DNA from: a virus
Lineage: Duplodnaviria > Heunggongvirae > Uroviricota > Caudoviricetes
Reading direction: 5' to 3' (one strand)
Length of the DNA stretch: 64,000 bases
IMG/VR virus record: IMGVR_UViG_3300014205_000001
Coordinates: 1-64,000 of that record
In this document: positions 56,242 through 64,000 of the stretch, in pieces
Position numbering within the stretch: the stretch's first letter is position 1
How the letters are laid out: the number at the start of each line of letters is the position of its first letter
Notes under the pieces: generated by a model
Told to the model about the DNA's origin: nothing
Databases searched by the model: none
Seen by the model: the letters and a program-made list of their open reading frames with translations, nothing else
Made by a program: the position numbers and the translations under genes

Positions 56242-58104
56242 ATGCCAGATTTCCCAATACTAATCTTACCTGATCCGCAAATATATACCAATGCTGATAC
56301 TTATAAAGTATTTGCAATGCATGATTTTGAAGTAAATTTAGCTGTGGGTGATGCTGCGAATTTAGAAATATTATTTCGTTATACTCAAACTCAAGGTCGT
56401 TCATGGTCACCTTGGACAATAATGACTGCAGCTAATTTACAAAAAGCTAAATTTGATCGAATGAAATTCGTGAATTTTGAATTTAGTTTTAAAAATTTAC
56501 AAACAGCAGAATTACGTTTAAACGATTTAAACTTAATAGGTGAATTTATTAATGTATCTGCTAATTATCAAACAACTGCCAAATTTGGTTTAAAGACTCA
56601 ATGTCACCCAGGTGAAGAATGTCAAACATGTAAAGATGGTAGTTGCGAAGAATGTCAAAATATCAATCCTATCATTACACCTTGGAGTGAATTAGGTCAA
56701 GGAGATAATTGTAGCAGTGGTAAATGTGATGGTAGTAAATTTGTCAACTTAAACGATCCGAATTTATGGATGCGTCAAATTAATACTTACAACGAATTAA
56801 ATAAATTTATCAATGCAGCAAATTCATGGAAAGTCACTTATTATTTAACTGACCCTGATGGTAAAGGTATTGATCATGTAATGCATGAACAAACATTACA
56901 CAATTATATTGTACATAAAGATATTCAAATCATTGTACCTAATAATCAATTCCCAGTAGAAAATGTTAACTTTACGAATTTGGATTTCGATTTAATTCAA
57001 ACATTTGAAGTTCATATCTTAAAAGATGATTTCAAAAAATTATTTGGAGTTGAGTTTCGTCCTAGTAAAAAAGATGTTCTGTACATGTGTGCATTGAATC
57101 AACTGTGGGAAATTGAACAGATGTTACCTCATCGTGGTTTTATGTTAGCTGAAGTTTATTGGAGAGTTATCTTGAAAAAATTCAGCGATCGCAAAGGTCG
57201 TACTGCTGCAAATACATCTGCAGGTCAAGCTGCTAAAGATTCAATTGATGCTTTAATTAAATATGCATCATTAGATTCCTTGTTTGAAATTGATGTGAAA
57301 AATGATATTAAAAAAGGTACAAAAGATATTTTAACTGCTCCGGGTACAACTCAACAATATACACCGACAAGTGAAATGAAAATACGTAGTAATATGACAA
57401 AAAATAGTATCATTACATCTGATCCGATTCAAAATTCTTCATTACTGGTTTCTAAATCATGTTATCAAATAGCTATTAAGAGTAAAGATGTTCATACTGT
57501 AGAATATATACCTACTGATCGTCGTTTAGGTTTAGCTGATAACAGAGCAATTTCATTCTGGTTTAAAACTACTGACTTCAATCCTGATTGGGATTATACA
57601 ATATTTAATAACTACGACTCAGCTAATAGTTTAGGTTACATGATACATATCGTAAATAACACGTTGTTGTTTACATTGAACGATAATACATTTACTTTAC
57701 CTTTACCAGGTTTTGAAGCAAATATCTGGTATGCATTCTTAATTAATGTCGATCAAGTACAACGTAACGTGGAATTGGCTGTCTATAAACGTCAAGCTGA
57801 AGATGGTTCTACATTATCTAATTCTCAATTAGTATTGTTCAATAAGTTAATCATTCCATGTACACCTGATGAATTTATCCATACTCAAAATATGTACATT
57901 GGTGGCTGTAATACACAAGTTAGTCAAGGTAATAGAAACTACTGGATGATCACAAATATTAGAATTTATACTGCTTTAGTACCTGTGAATGCTACTCAAC
58001 GTCAAAATGCTTTAAATGAAAATGTTGTTACTGATTCACAATTTACATTACTTGTAGATAATGCAGAAGAACAATTAATTCTGCCAAAATATGGAAATTT
58101 ATAA
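56242..58104 (+). CDS. neck/head-completion protein (T4 gp14-like core) with C-terminal LamG-like domain
   Basis: FKKLFGVEFRPSKKDVLY...QLWEI; AISFWFKT...WYAFLINV...MYIGG...NIRIY. Confidence 0.55.
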   Translation: MPDFPILILPDPQIYTNADTYKVFAMHDFEVNLAVGDAANLEILFRYTQTQGRSWSPWTIMTAANLQKAKFDRMKFVNFEFSFKNLQTAELRLNDLNLIGEFINVSANYQTTAKFGLKTQCHPGEECQTCKDGSCEECQNINPIITPWSELGQGDNCSSGKCDGSKFVNLNDPNLWMRQINTYNELNKFINAANSWKVTYYLTDPDGKGIDHVMHEQTLHNYIVHKDIQIIVPNNQFPVENVNFTNLDFDLIQTFEVHILKDDFKKLFGVEFRPSKKDVLYMCALNQLWEIEQMLPHRGFMLAEVYWRVILKKFSDRKGRTAANTSAGQAAKDSIDALIKYASLDSLFEIDVKNDIKKGTKDILTAPGTTQQYTPTSEMKIRSNMTKNSIITSDPIQNSSLLVSKSCYQIAIKSKDVHTVEYIPTDRRLGLADNRAISFWFKTTDFNPDWDYTIFNNYDSANSLGYMIHIVNNTLLFTLNDNTFTLPLPGFEANIWYAFLINVDQVQRNVELAVYKRQAEDGSTLSNSQLVLFNKLIIPCTPDEFIHTQNMYIGGCNTQVSQGNRNYWMITNIRIYTALVPVNATQRQNALNENVVTDSQFTLLVDNAEEQLILPKYGNL

Positions 58105-58114
58105 TATATAAACT

Positions 58115-59518
58115 ATGATAACAAAACTAAAATTTTTAAAACATTTATTTGATAATGTATGGGATGGAAATTATATTTCTTTTTATAAAAAACCTATTGC
58201 TTCAAGTCTTGATACAAAATCATTAAAATATAAAATTTCGACTAATAATGACTTAAATCATGGTGACGAAATTTCAACAAAATCTAATATTAGAATTATA
58301 TCAACCGTTGAATCTGAAGTTGATTCATTGTACATTAATGGTATTGCACCAATTAGAAGTATACCTTTCAATAAAATTATTGATTTGTTTTCTTTTGGGG
58401 ATTTATTTTATGATGATTTTTCACCTACTATAGGTACTTATACTGATGCAGGTACTTCAACACATGATATAACATCTGGAAATTTAGCTGTGGGTGGAGG
58501 TAATGGTTTTCCTACTAATACAATTAGTATTTCTGAAGTTATTTGGTCAGGAAACAATTGGTATTTCGAAACAGAATATGAACACACAGCTACTTCTTTA
58601 AATGAAACTGGTGTATGGTTTGCATTACGTTCAGTAAATCCTGCTCAAGGTGAAAACATATTTTTCGGTTTGTATTTTTTTGAAGTTGCAAATCAAGTTA
58701 ATGTTGACATATTTGGTACTAATCCTTTACAAGGTCAAATAGCTAGAAGTAGTGGCAAATTAACCGTGACAGGAAATCAAAGAGTTAGATTACGTGCTGA
58801 ATTTGTAGAAACTACATTAACTGTTACTGCTACTAATTTAGTAACTTCATTATCACAATCAGTTAGCTTTACATACAATTATACAATTGTTGGTGCTTCT
58901 AATATTAAACCGAACATTGGACAATTACAAATTCTTCCGTCTGCAAATATATGTAATATCAAATATTTGAAATTTGGTACTGAATATTTTAAGGGAGTAG
59001 AAGTTTTATACATTGGGGATTCAATCACTTCAGGATATTTTTCAGGAGCAGAATCAAATAGATTCCAAAATTTATTTGCTGTACAAACTAATAAAAGTGT
59101 CGCAACATTTGCAGGTGCTGGAGATAGAAGTTTAGAATTTATTAATAATACTCATTTAAATTTATTATTACAATTAGAACCTAAAAAAGTTCATATTTTA
59201 TTAGGAACAAACGATATCGCAAATGCTTTAGGTGCAGGTCCAACTACAACACGTTTACAGACTATTATTACTGCATTTTTAAATATTGGTACACAAGTAT
59301 ATATTGGTACAATTTTACCTCGTAATGGTATAGATTTATTAACAATCAATTCTAATATTAGAGGTTTTAGTAACGTAACTGTAATTGAATATTACAACAC
59401 GATGGAATCATCTCCTGGAAGTGGAAATATTAATCCTCTATATAGTGATGATGATATTCACCCAAATCCTATAGGTAACATTTTTATGAAAAATTTACAA
59501 ATAGCTGCTGGCTTATAA
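58115..59518 (+). CDS. SGNH/GDSL hydrolase-domain virion protein
   Basis: IGDSIT, LLGTND, DDIHPN motifs. Confidence 0.85.
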   Translation: MITKLKFLKHLFDNVWDGNYISFYKKPIASSLDTKSLKYKISTNNDLNHGDEISTKSNIRIISTVESEVDSLYINGIAPIRSIPFNKIIDLFSFGDLFYDDFSPTIGTYTDAGTSTHDITSGNLAVGGGNGFPTNTISISEVIWSGNNWYFETEYEHTATSLNETGVWFALRSVNPAQGENIFFGLYFFEVANQVNVDIFGTNPLQGQIARSSGKLTVTGNQRVRLRAEFVETTLTVTATNLVTSLSQSVSFTYNYTIVGASNIKPNIGQLQILPSANICNIKYLKFGTEYFKGVEVLYIGDSITSGYFSGAESNRFQNLFAVQTNKSVATFAGAGDRSLEFINNTHLNLLLQLEPKKVHILLGTNDIANALGAGPTTTRLQTIITAFLNIGTQVYIGTILPRNGIDLLTINSNIRGFSNVTVIEYYNTMESSPGSGNINPLYSDDDIHPNPIGNIFMKNLQIAAGL

Positions 59519-59541
59519 AACAACAAATAACTATGAAGTAA

Positions 59542-60030
59542 ATGATTTTAACTCTACTGATTATATCAATTCTATTTTTCTTTGTTATCCGTTTATTGGA
59601 TGCAATGAAATCAGGTTGTTTCTATGCTGCATCTCGCCAAGATAAACCACCCTTACTTAAAAAGTATATGAACAATATACATTTCTTACAGACGCCTATC
59701 TGGTACTGTGTCTTTGGTGTCTTTGGAATTTTATTGTTTACAATATTTTACTTAATGAACCCAGCTGCAATCATCTTAAATTTAATTTCTGCTTATTTAA
59801 TCAGTCAAGGTACTTCCACAATGTGTGGTGCTTTATATCAAGGTTTCATTAATGTAGGTTGTGGTCTACCTTTTATAGATGAAAATGAAAATCGTAAAAT
59901 GGAATTAGCATTTCCATTCATTAAGAAGACTTTCTGGATTAAAAGATTTTGGTACGGCAAACGTAGAATTTATTTAGCCTTTGTAGGTTTAGTAATTATA
60001 GTAATAGGTTTACTTTTACAATTTAATTAG
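59542..60030 (+). CDS. multi-TM membrane protein
   Basis: about four hydrophobic segments. Confidence 0.6.
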   Translation: MILTLLIISILFFFVIRLLDAMKSGCFYAASRQDKPPLLKKYMNNIHFLQTPIWYCVFGVFGILLFTIFYLMNPAAIILNLISAYLISQGTSTMCGALYQGFINVGCGLPFIDENENRKMELAFPFIKKTFWIKRFWYGKRRIYLAFVGLVIIVIGLLLQFN

Positions 60031-60553
60031 GCTGAGGACTAACTATTGTATTGATTATTTTTGCTTGATTTTCTGGCTGGAGTAAAATATAAATTTCAAT
60101 TTCGTAAGGACCTACTGCATCCAAACTATTAATAGAATCATAACCTTCGTTCAATAACTGTTTTCTTACTTCAGGTACATATACCCAATCATTTAAATTG
60201 TCACCATAATACGGACTATGTGCACGAATGTACTCCATATCTTTTTCAGATACATTCCATCCACCATTTGGATGTGTTTCAATTGTAATATCTAAACCTG
60301 CACGACGAATCAATTCAACAAATGCTAATGAATTTTCTTTATTAAACATTTTATAAGGATTGTTAACTTTAAATTCAATTTCATATAAATTGCCACCATT
60401 AGCATCTTTATGATGATATGCAAAATCTAATGCTTCATCTTTATCTAAACTTATAAATAAAGGTCCACGTAAAGGACCTTCAATTAAACCACCATGATAA
60501 CCAATAAGTGAATTATTAATAGATTGACGATATTCGTTAAGTGTTGTAATCAT
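60023..60553 (-). CDS. MITTLNEYRQ-family protein with ADP-ribosyltransferase-like (ART-PolyVal-type) domain
   Basis: YHGG...LFISLDKDEALDFA...GNLYEIEFKVNNP...EGYDSI...EIEIYILLQPENQ. Confidence 0.55.
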   Translation of the reverse strand: MITTLNEYRQSINNSLIGYHGGLIEGPLRGPLFISLDKDEALDFAYHHKDANGGNLYEIEFKVNNPYKMFNKENSLAFVELIRRAGLDITIETHPNGGWNVSEKDMEYIRAHSPYYGDNLNDWVYVPEVRKQLLNEGYDSINSLDAVGPYEIEIYILLQPENQAKIINTIVSPQPN

Positions 60554-60741
60554 TATTTTGAACCACAAGTATGTGGAAAACTTTTTCTGGATTTAACTCC
60601 ATGTTTCTTATTACTACAAGCTCTGCAGTAATTTTTCTTTGATTCAGTACCAAATACTGCAGCATGTACAATCACTTCAGATGCAGTCATAATGTAATCA
60701 TACAATAATTGTTCGTTCGGCGTCATTGGTTTTAATTCCAT
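60553..60741 (-). CDS. small hypothetical protein
   Basis: 62 aa, CRAC...HTC. Confidence 0.5.
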   Translation of the reverse strand: MELKPMTPNEQLLYDYIMTASEVIVHAAVFGTESKKNYCRACSNKKHGVKSRKSFPHTCGSK

Positions 60742-61307
60742 TAGAATAATGAGTAATGAGTTTTAAATAAATCAATACAATATCTTGTAATTAAATCGTA
60801 AATTACTACAGCATTAATTTCGTTCAACTGCAAAGCTACGTTCTGTGCTTTCTTTTCTTGTTCACTGCCATCAGTTGTAGGTTCCATTTGATGATAGTCG
60901 TAATTCATTAAAGGTAAAATACAAATGTGATATTTACGTGTGTTACCCTTATTACAAAAAATAGGAGTTAAGATTTCAGCTTGAACATTTGCATTTAATT
61001 CAATACCGAACTCTTCTTTTAATCCACGACGTAACGTATCCATCGGCTCTTCACCTTCTTCCATTGTTTCTGACATGATCGTAACATATTTTTCAACGTT
61101 AGGATTTATTAATTGAAAAGGTGGAATAGGTTCGTAACGTAATAAGATTTTACCTGTTTCTTTTAAATAGGGAATACACACGACAGAATCTTTTTCCTCT
61201 ACAACACTCCACCCGTCAACTTCAATTACTTTCATAAATTCGTTTTCGTATAAAGTTTTCGGTTCTTGTTTGTTGCCTTCTAAATCGGCTCTTGTTAAAA
61301 ATTCCAT
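60741..61307 (-). CDS. NUDIX hydrolase-like protein
   Basis: MEEGEEPMDTLRRGLKEEFGI degenerate Nudix box. Confidence 0.75.
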   Translation of the reverse strand: MEFLTRADLEGNKQEPKTLYENEFMKVIEVDGWSVVEEKDSVVCIPYLKETGKILLRYEPIPPFQLINPNVEKYVTIMSETMEEGEEPMDTLRRGLKEEFGIELNANVQAEILTPIFCNKGNTRKYHICILPLMNYDYHQMEPTTDGSEQEKKAQNVALQLNEINAVVIYDLITRYCIDLFKTHYSLF

Positions 61308-61312
61308 GATTA

Positions 61313-62179
61313 TTATTTACGTTTTTCAAAATACCAATTAAACCAATAGTAATTTGGTTTCTTCAATAAGAAGATAGTATCATTGTTTTTTATTTTTATT
61401 GAGTCTTTATCACTGTGTAATACTTCGATGATTGAACCTTGAATGATTTTTTCATATTGACCTTTTTCATTTACTGCCAATACTTCTTTTGCTAAACATT
61501 TATAAATTCCTGTCTTTGCTTTGAACCATTCAAAAATTATATTTCTTAATTTACCTGTCAATTTAATTTGATCTTCAGTCTTTAATGTACTAATCTGTTC
61601 GCAGATAAAAGTTGGTGTATTGTATACTCCCACGTTTTCATATTTACCCCACAGTTCTTGTTCGTTAAACTTGAATTTCAGATATAAATTAAGACCAATA
61701 CCCGTAGATGTTGGTTTCATTTTCTGTATCACAACTTCAGATATTTTGTATTCAGTTATTTCGTCTTTGTTTAAATATGCTTTAATTCCATTGGGAAACG
61801 TCTTCTTCATGATCGCATCCATGTAGTAGTAATTATTCATTTGCTGACCTCGTTGAGATGCAACTGCACTACCACCAATTGCTGACCATTGTGTTAAGGG
61901 AACACCATTAATGTAATAACGACCAACACTTAGAATGTCACCACTCATTTTTTGAATACCATCTTCAGGATTTCCTTCGGGCTTTAACCAACTTGGAATA
62001 TCGATTGTAGGGTCAGATGCTGGTGGAATTTGCGAATAGTTTGGATTACTTATCCCACCCACAGCATCATAATTACCTGCATTATTGCTAGGTCCTTGAA
62101 TATTTTGATTAGTCGCACCTGTTAGAAAAGGATTTAACCAATTTTCCAACAATTTTTCTTTACTTAACAGGAATTTCAT
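61313..62179 (-). CDS. hypothetical protein
   Basis: 288-aa ORF after TAATATATA motif. Confidence 0.6.
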   Translation of the reverse strand: MKFLLSKEKLLENWLNPFLTGATNQNIQGPSNNAGNYDAVGGISNPNYSQIPPASDPTIDIPSWLKPEGNPEDGIQKMSGDILSVGRYYINGVPLTQWSAIGGSAVASQRGQQMNNYYYMDAIMKKTFPNGIKAYLNKDEITEYKISEVVIQKMKPTSTGIGLNLYLKFKFNEQELWGKYENVGVYNTPTFICEQISTLKTEDQIKLTGKLRNIIFEWFKAKTGIYKCLAKEVLAVNEKGQYEKIIQGSIIEVLHSDKDSIKIKNNDTIFLLKKPNYYWFNWYFEKRK

Positions 62180-62391
62180 GTATTATATATTAAATATCGA
62201 AAGTGACCTTACAAATCACTTTTATTATTATTTTTATAAATATTTTTAATTATATCATATCTGTCCCAAAAACTTTCGCATCTAAGCTAAACAAAGTACA
62301 ATAATCAACATATATAGTAATAGTGTAGATTTTGACGTTGCAAATGATGCTGTAAATGACGCTGTAAAATTCCCTTAAACAAAAAACATAA

Positions 62392-63528
62392 ATGATCGAT
62401 ATAAGAAGTGTGACTTCAATCAAATTTATTTCGCCTCTCTTTTCAGATATTTATACTCGGAAAATTATTGTATACAAAGGTACCCGTTTAAAATGTCTCT
62501 ATCTCATTCATTTGATCGATTTATTCCTGAATCGATTTAATTCTTTCAATAAAGACAATATTAAATTAAATTCTCGAGTCTTAAAATTTTTGTATGGTGG
62601 AACATATACAAAATATATTGAGTATTTAACCGATCATCAATTTATTTATCTGTATAAAAATTATTCAGCAGGACTGAAATCAAAAACATATCGTCTTACA
62701 GAAACTGCAAAACAAGCATGTAATTTAACCACGACAATTGATATTCCGATTAAATTTCAAATTAAAACACAAGATGTAGATGAGAATTTTAACGATAATG
62801 ATACTAATTTAAAAACGAAATTGATTAATGATTTACGACTTGTAACAATTGATATTCGGGGCGCCCAACAATGGATTAACGAACATATTCATAAAGAAGA
62901 TAAAGGATATACTATGAATCTCATTAACTGCAATAAGATAGCTGTTGGTGACATATATTATAGTTTTGATCGTTACGGGCGGTTCCATACAAATTATACA
63001 GTTTTAAAGAAAGAAATTAGAACACAATACTTAACCTTTGGTGAAAGCAAAATCAAAGAATTAGATATAACAAATTCGCAACCTTTCTTTCTATATATCT
63101 TAATGAAAGAATCTGGCTTTAGTAACTTTCAAGGATTTGATGAAGATGTCTTAAATGGTGTGATATACGATAAAATTAAAGACGTAGCACAGATCACACG
63201 AAAGGAAGCAAAAGTAAAAGTGTATTCAGTTTTATTTGGGCGTAATACAACTAACACGTATTGGAATGAATTATTTGGTAACTTGTACCCAGCAGTATTT
63301 AAATGGATTAAAGATTACAAATATGAAAACAAAAGTTATAAAATCATTGCACGTAATTTGCAAGCGATTGAATCAGATTTTATCTTTGGTAATTTGATAC
63401 CTAAAATTTTAGATTATAAAGTTGATTTGCCCTTGATTACAATTCATGATTCGATTATGATTCCTGAAGAACATTATGAATGTGTGAAAGTAATTTTCAA
63501 TAAAGCGTTACGAGGTTTAATTTTATAA
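62392..63528 (+). CDS. family-A polymerase-like protein (compact, no exonuclease domain)
   Basis: GRFHT, ELDITNSQP (motif A), RKEAKVKVYSVLFG (motif B), QAIES, TIHDS (motif C). Confidence 0.7.
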   Translation: MIDIRSVTSIKFISPLFSDIYTRKIIVYKGTRLKCLYLIHLIDLFLNRFNSFNKDNIKLNSRVLKFLYGGTYTKYIEYLTDHQFIYLYKNYSAGLKSKTYRLTETAKQACNLTTTIDIPIKFQIKTQDVDENFNDNDTNLKTKLINDLRLVTIDIRGAQQWINEHIHKEDKGYTMNLINCNKIAVGDIYYSFDRYGRFHTNYTVLKKEIRTQYLTFGESKIKELDITNSQPFFLYILMKESGFSNFQGFDEDVLNGVIYDKIKDVAQITRKEAKVKVYSVLFGRNTTNTYWNELFGNLYPAVFKWIKDYKYENKSYKIIARNLQAIESDFIFGNLIPKILDYKVDLPLITIHDSIMIPEEHYECVKVIFNKALRGLIL

Positions 63529-64000
63529 TGCAGCAATCGTTGTTATAACTTTATCAGCAATTAAATCGTAAAGGAAATCATTTGGATGACGACCATCAGG
63601 TGGGTATATACCTGAGTCAAGCATGTCTTGATATGGATTTACCATTACAACTCCTTTTGCAGTTGCGACAACTTGAGCAGCGTTGATAAATGTTAAGTGA
63701 CGAGCATTTGTTGCGGGAACACCTACACCGTAAGCTAAATAATCATTCCAATTTAATTCAGTACATAAGAAGCCAATAACTAAAACAATTCTATTTAATG
63801 GCCAACCCTTACTAATTGCAACATCAATAATTTCACCTAATTGTGTACTGTATAGAGTTGTATTATAACCTGCAACGTTTAAACCACAATCATTAATTGA
63901 ATAGCTTATAAATAAAGCACCCATAGACCCAGGTATATATGTCGGAATCGCATTACGATTTTCATACATATTAGGACTACTGATTGGATTTAAGGGAGTA
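63523..64000 (-). CDS. C-terminal part of an SGNH hydrolase-domain protein (runs off window)
   Basis: YSINDC block III and DGRHPN block V. Confidence 0.65.
   Translation of the reverse strand, partial: TPLNPISSPNMYENRNAIPTYIPGSMGALFISYSINDCGLNVAGYNTTLYSTQLGEIIDVAISKGWPLNRIVLVIGFLCTELNWNDYLAYGVGVPATNARHLTFINAAQVVATAKGVVMVNPYQDMLDSGIYPPDGRHPNDFLYDLIADKVITTIAAL

Noticed and set aside
1-64000. Genome-wide TAG (code 15) recoding as in Lak/crAss-like phages
   Set aside because: Long genes are intact under code 11 and TAG ends normal genes (e.g. 23617, 41863); only the Pth2-like gene has an internal TAG.

Overview
An AT-rich segment of a jumbo, T4-like myovirus genome, most likely infecting a Bacteroidota host (TAnnTTTG-type early promoters, A-rich starts without Shine-Dalgarno motifs, a Bacteroidota-type boxA). 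It carries virion genes (gp6-like baseplate wedge, two tail-tube-like paralogues, a gp14-like neck/LamG protein, BspA-type LRR, Ig-like and SGNH appendage proteins) and replication/recombination genes (gp61-like primase, SbcC/gp46, a RecA/Sms-family ATPase, a PolA-like protein). It also has a phage sigma factor and a translation-support kit: CCA-adding enzyme, SmpB, a Pth2-like hydrolase, a GatB/YqeY-domain protein and 17 canonical minus-strand tRNA genes plus several aberrant tRNA-like RNAs. The main observation is that each tRNA block is preceded by a 24-28 codon leader ORF, a mutually exclusive antiterminator/terminator pair and an intrinsic terminator. The control codons of each leader match the amino acids of the tRNAs downstream: TLILTLTIICITMLC before Leu/Ile/Thr/Cys/Met, VVGQQGAAAV before Val/Ala/Gly/Gln, and QWQQQQ before two Gln tRNAs. 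This looks like ribosome-mediated attenuation controlling phage tRNA arrays. A second oddity is a Pth2-like gene that starts ATG-AAA-AAG-TAG and runs in frame through an atypical tRNA. All protein calls are motif recognition by eye; no database searches or folding programs were run.
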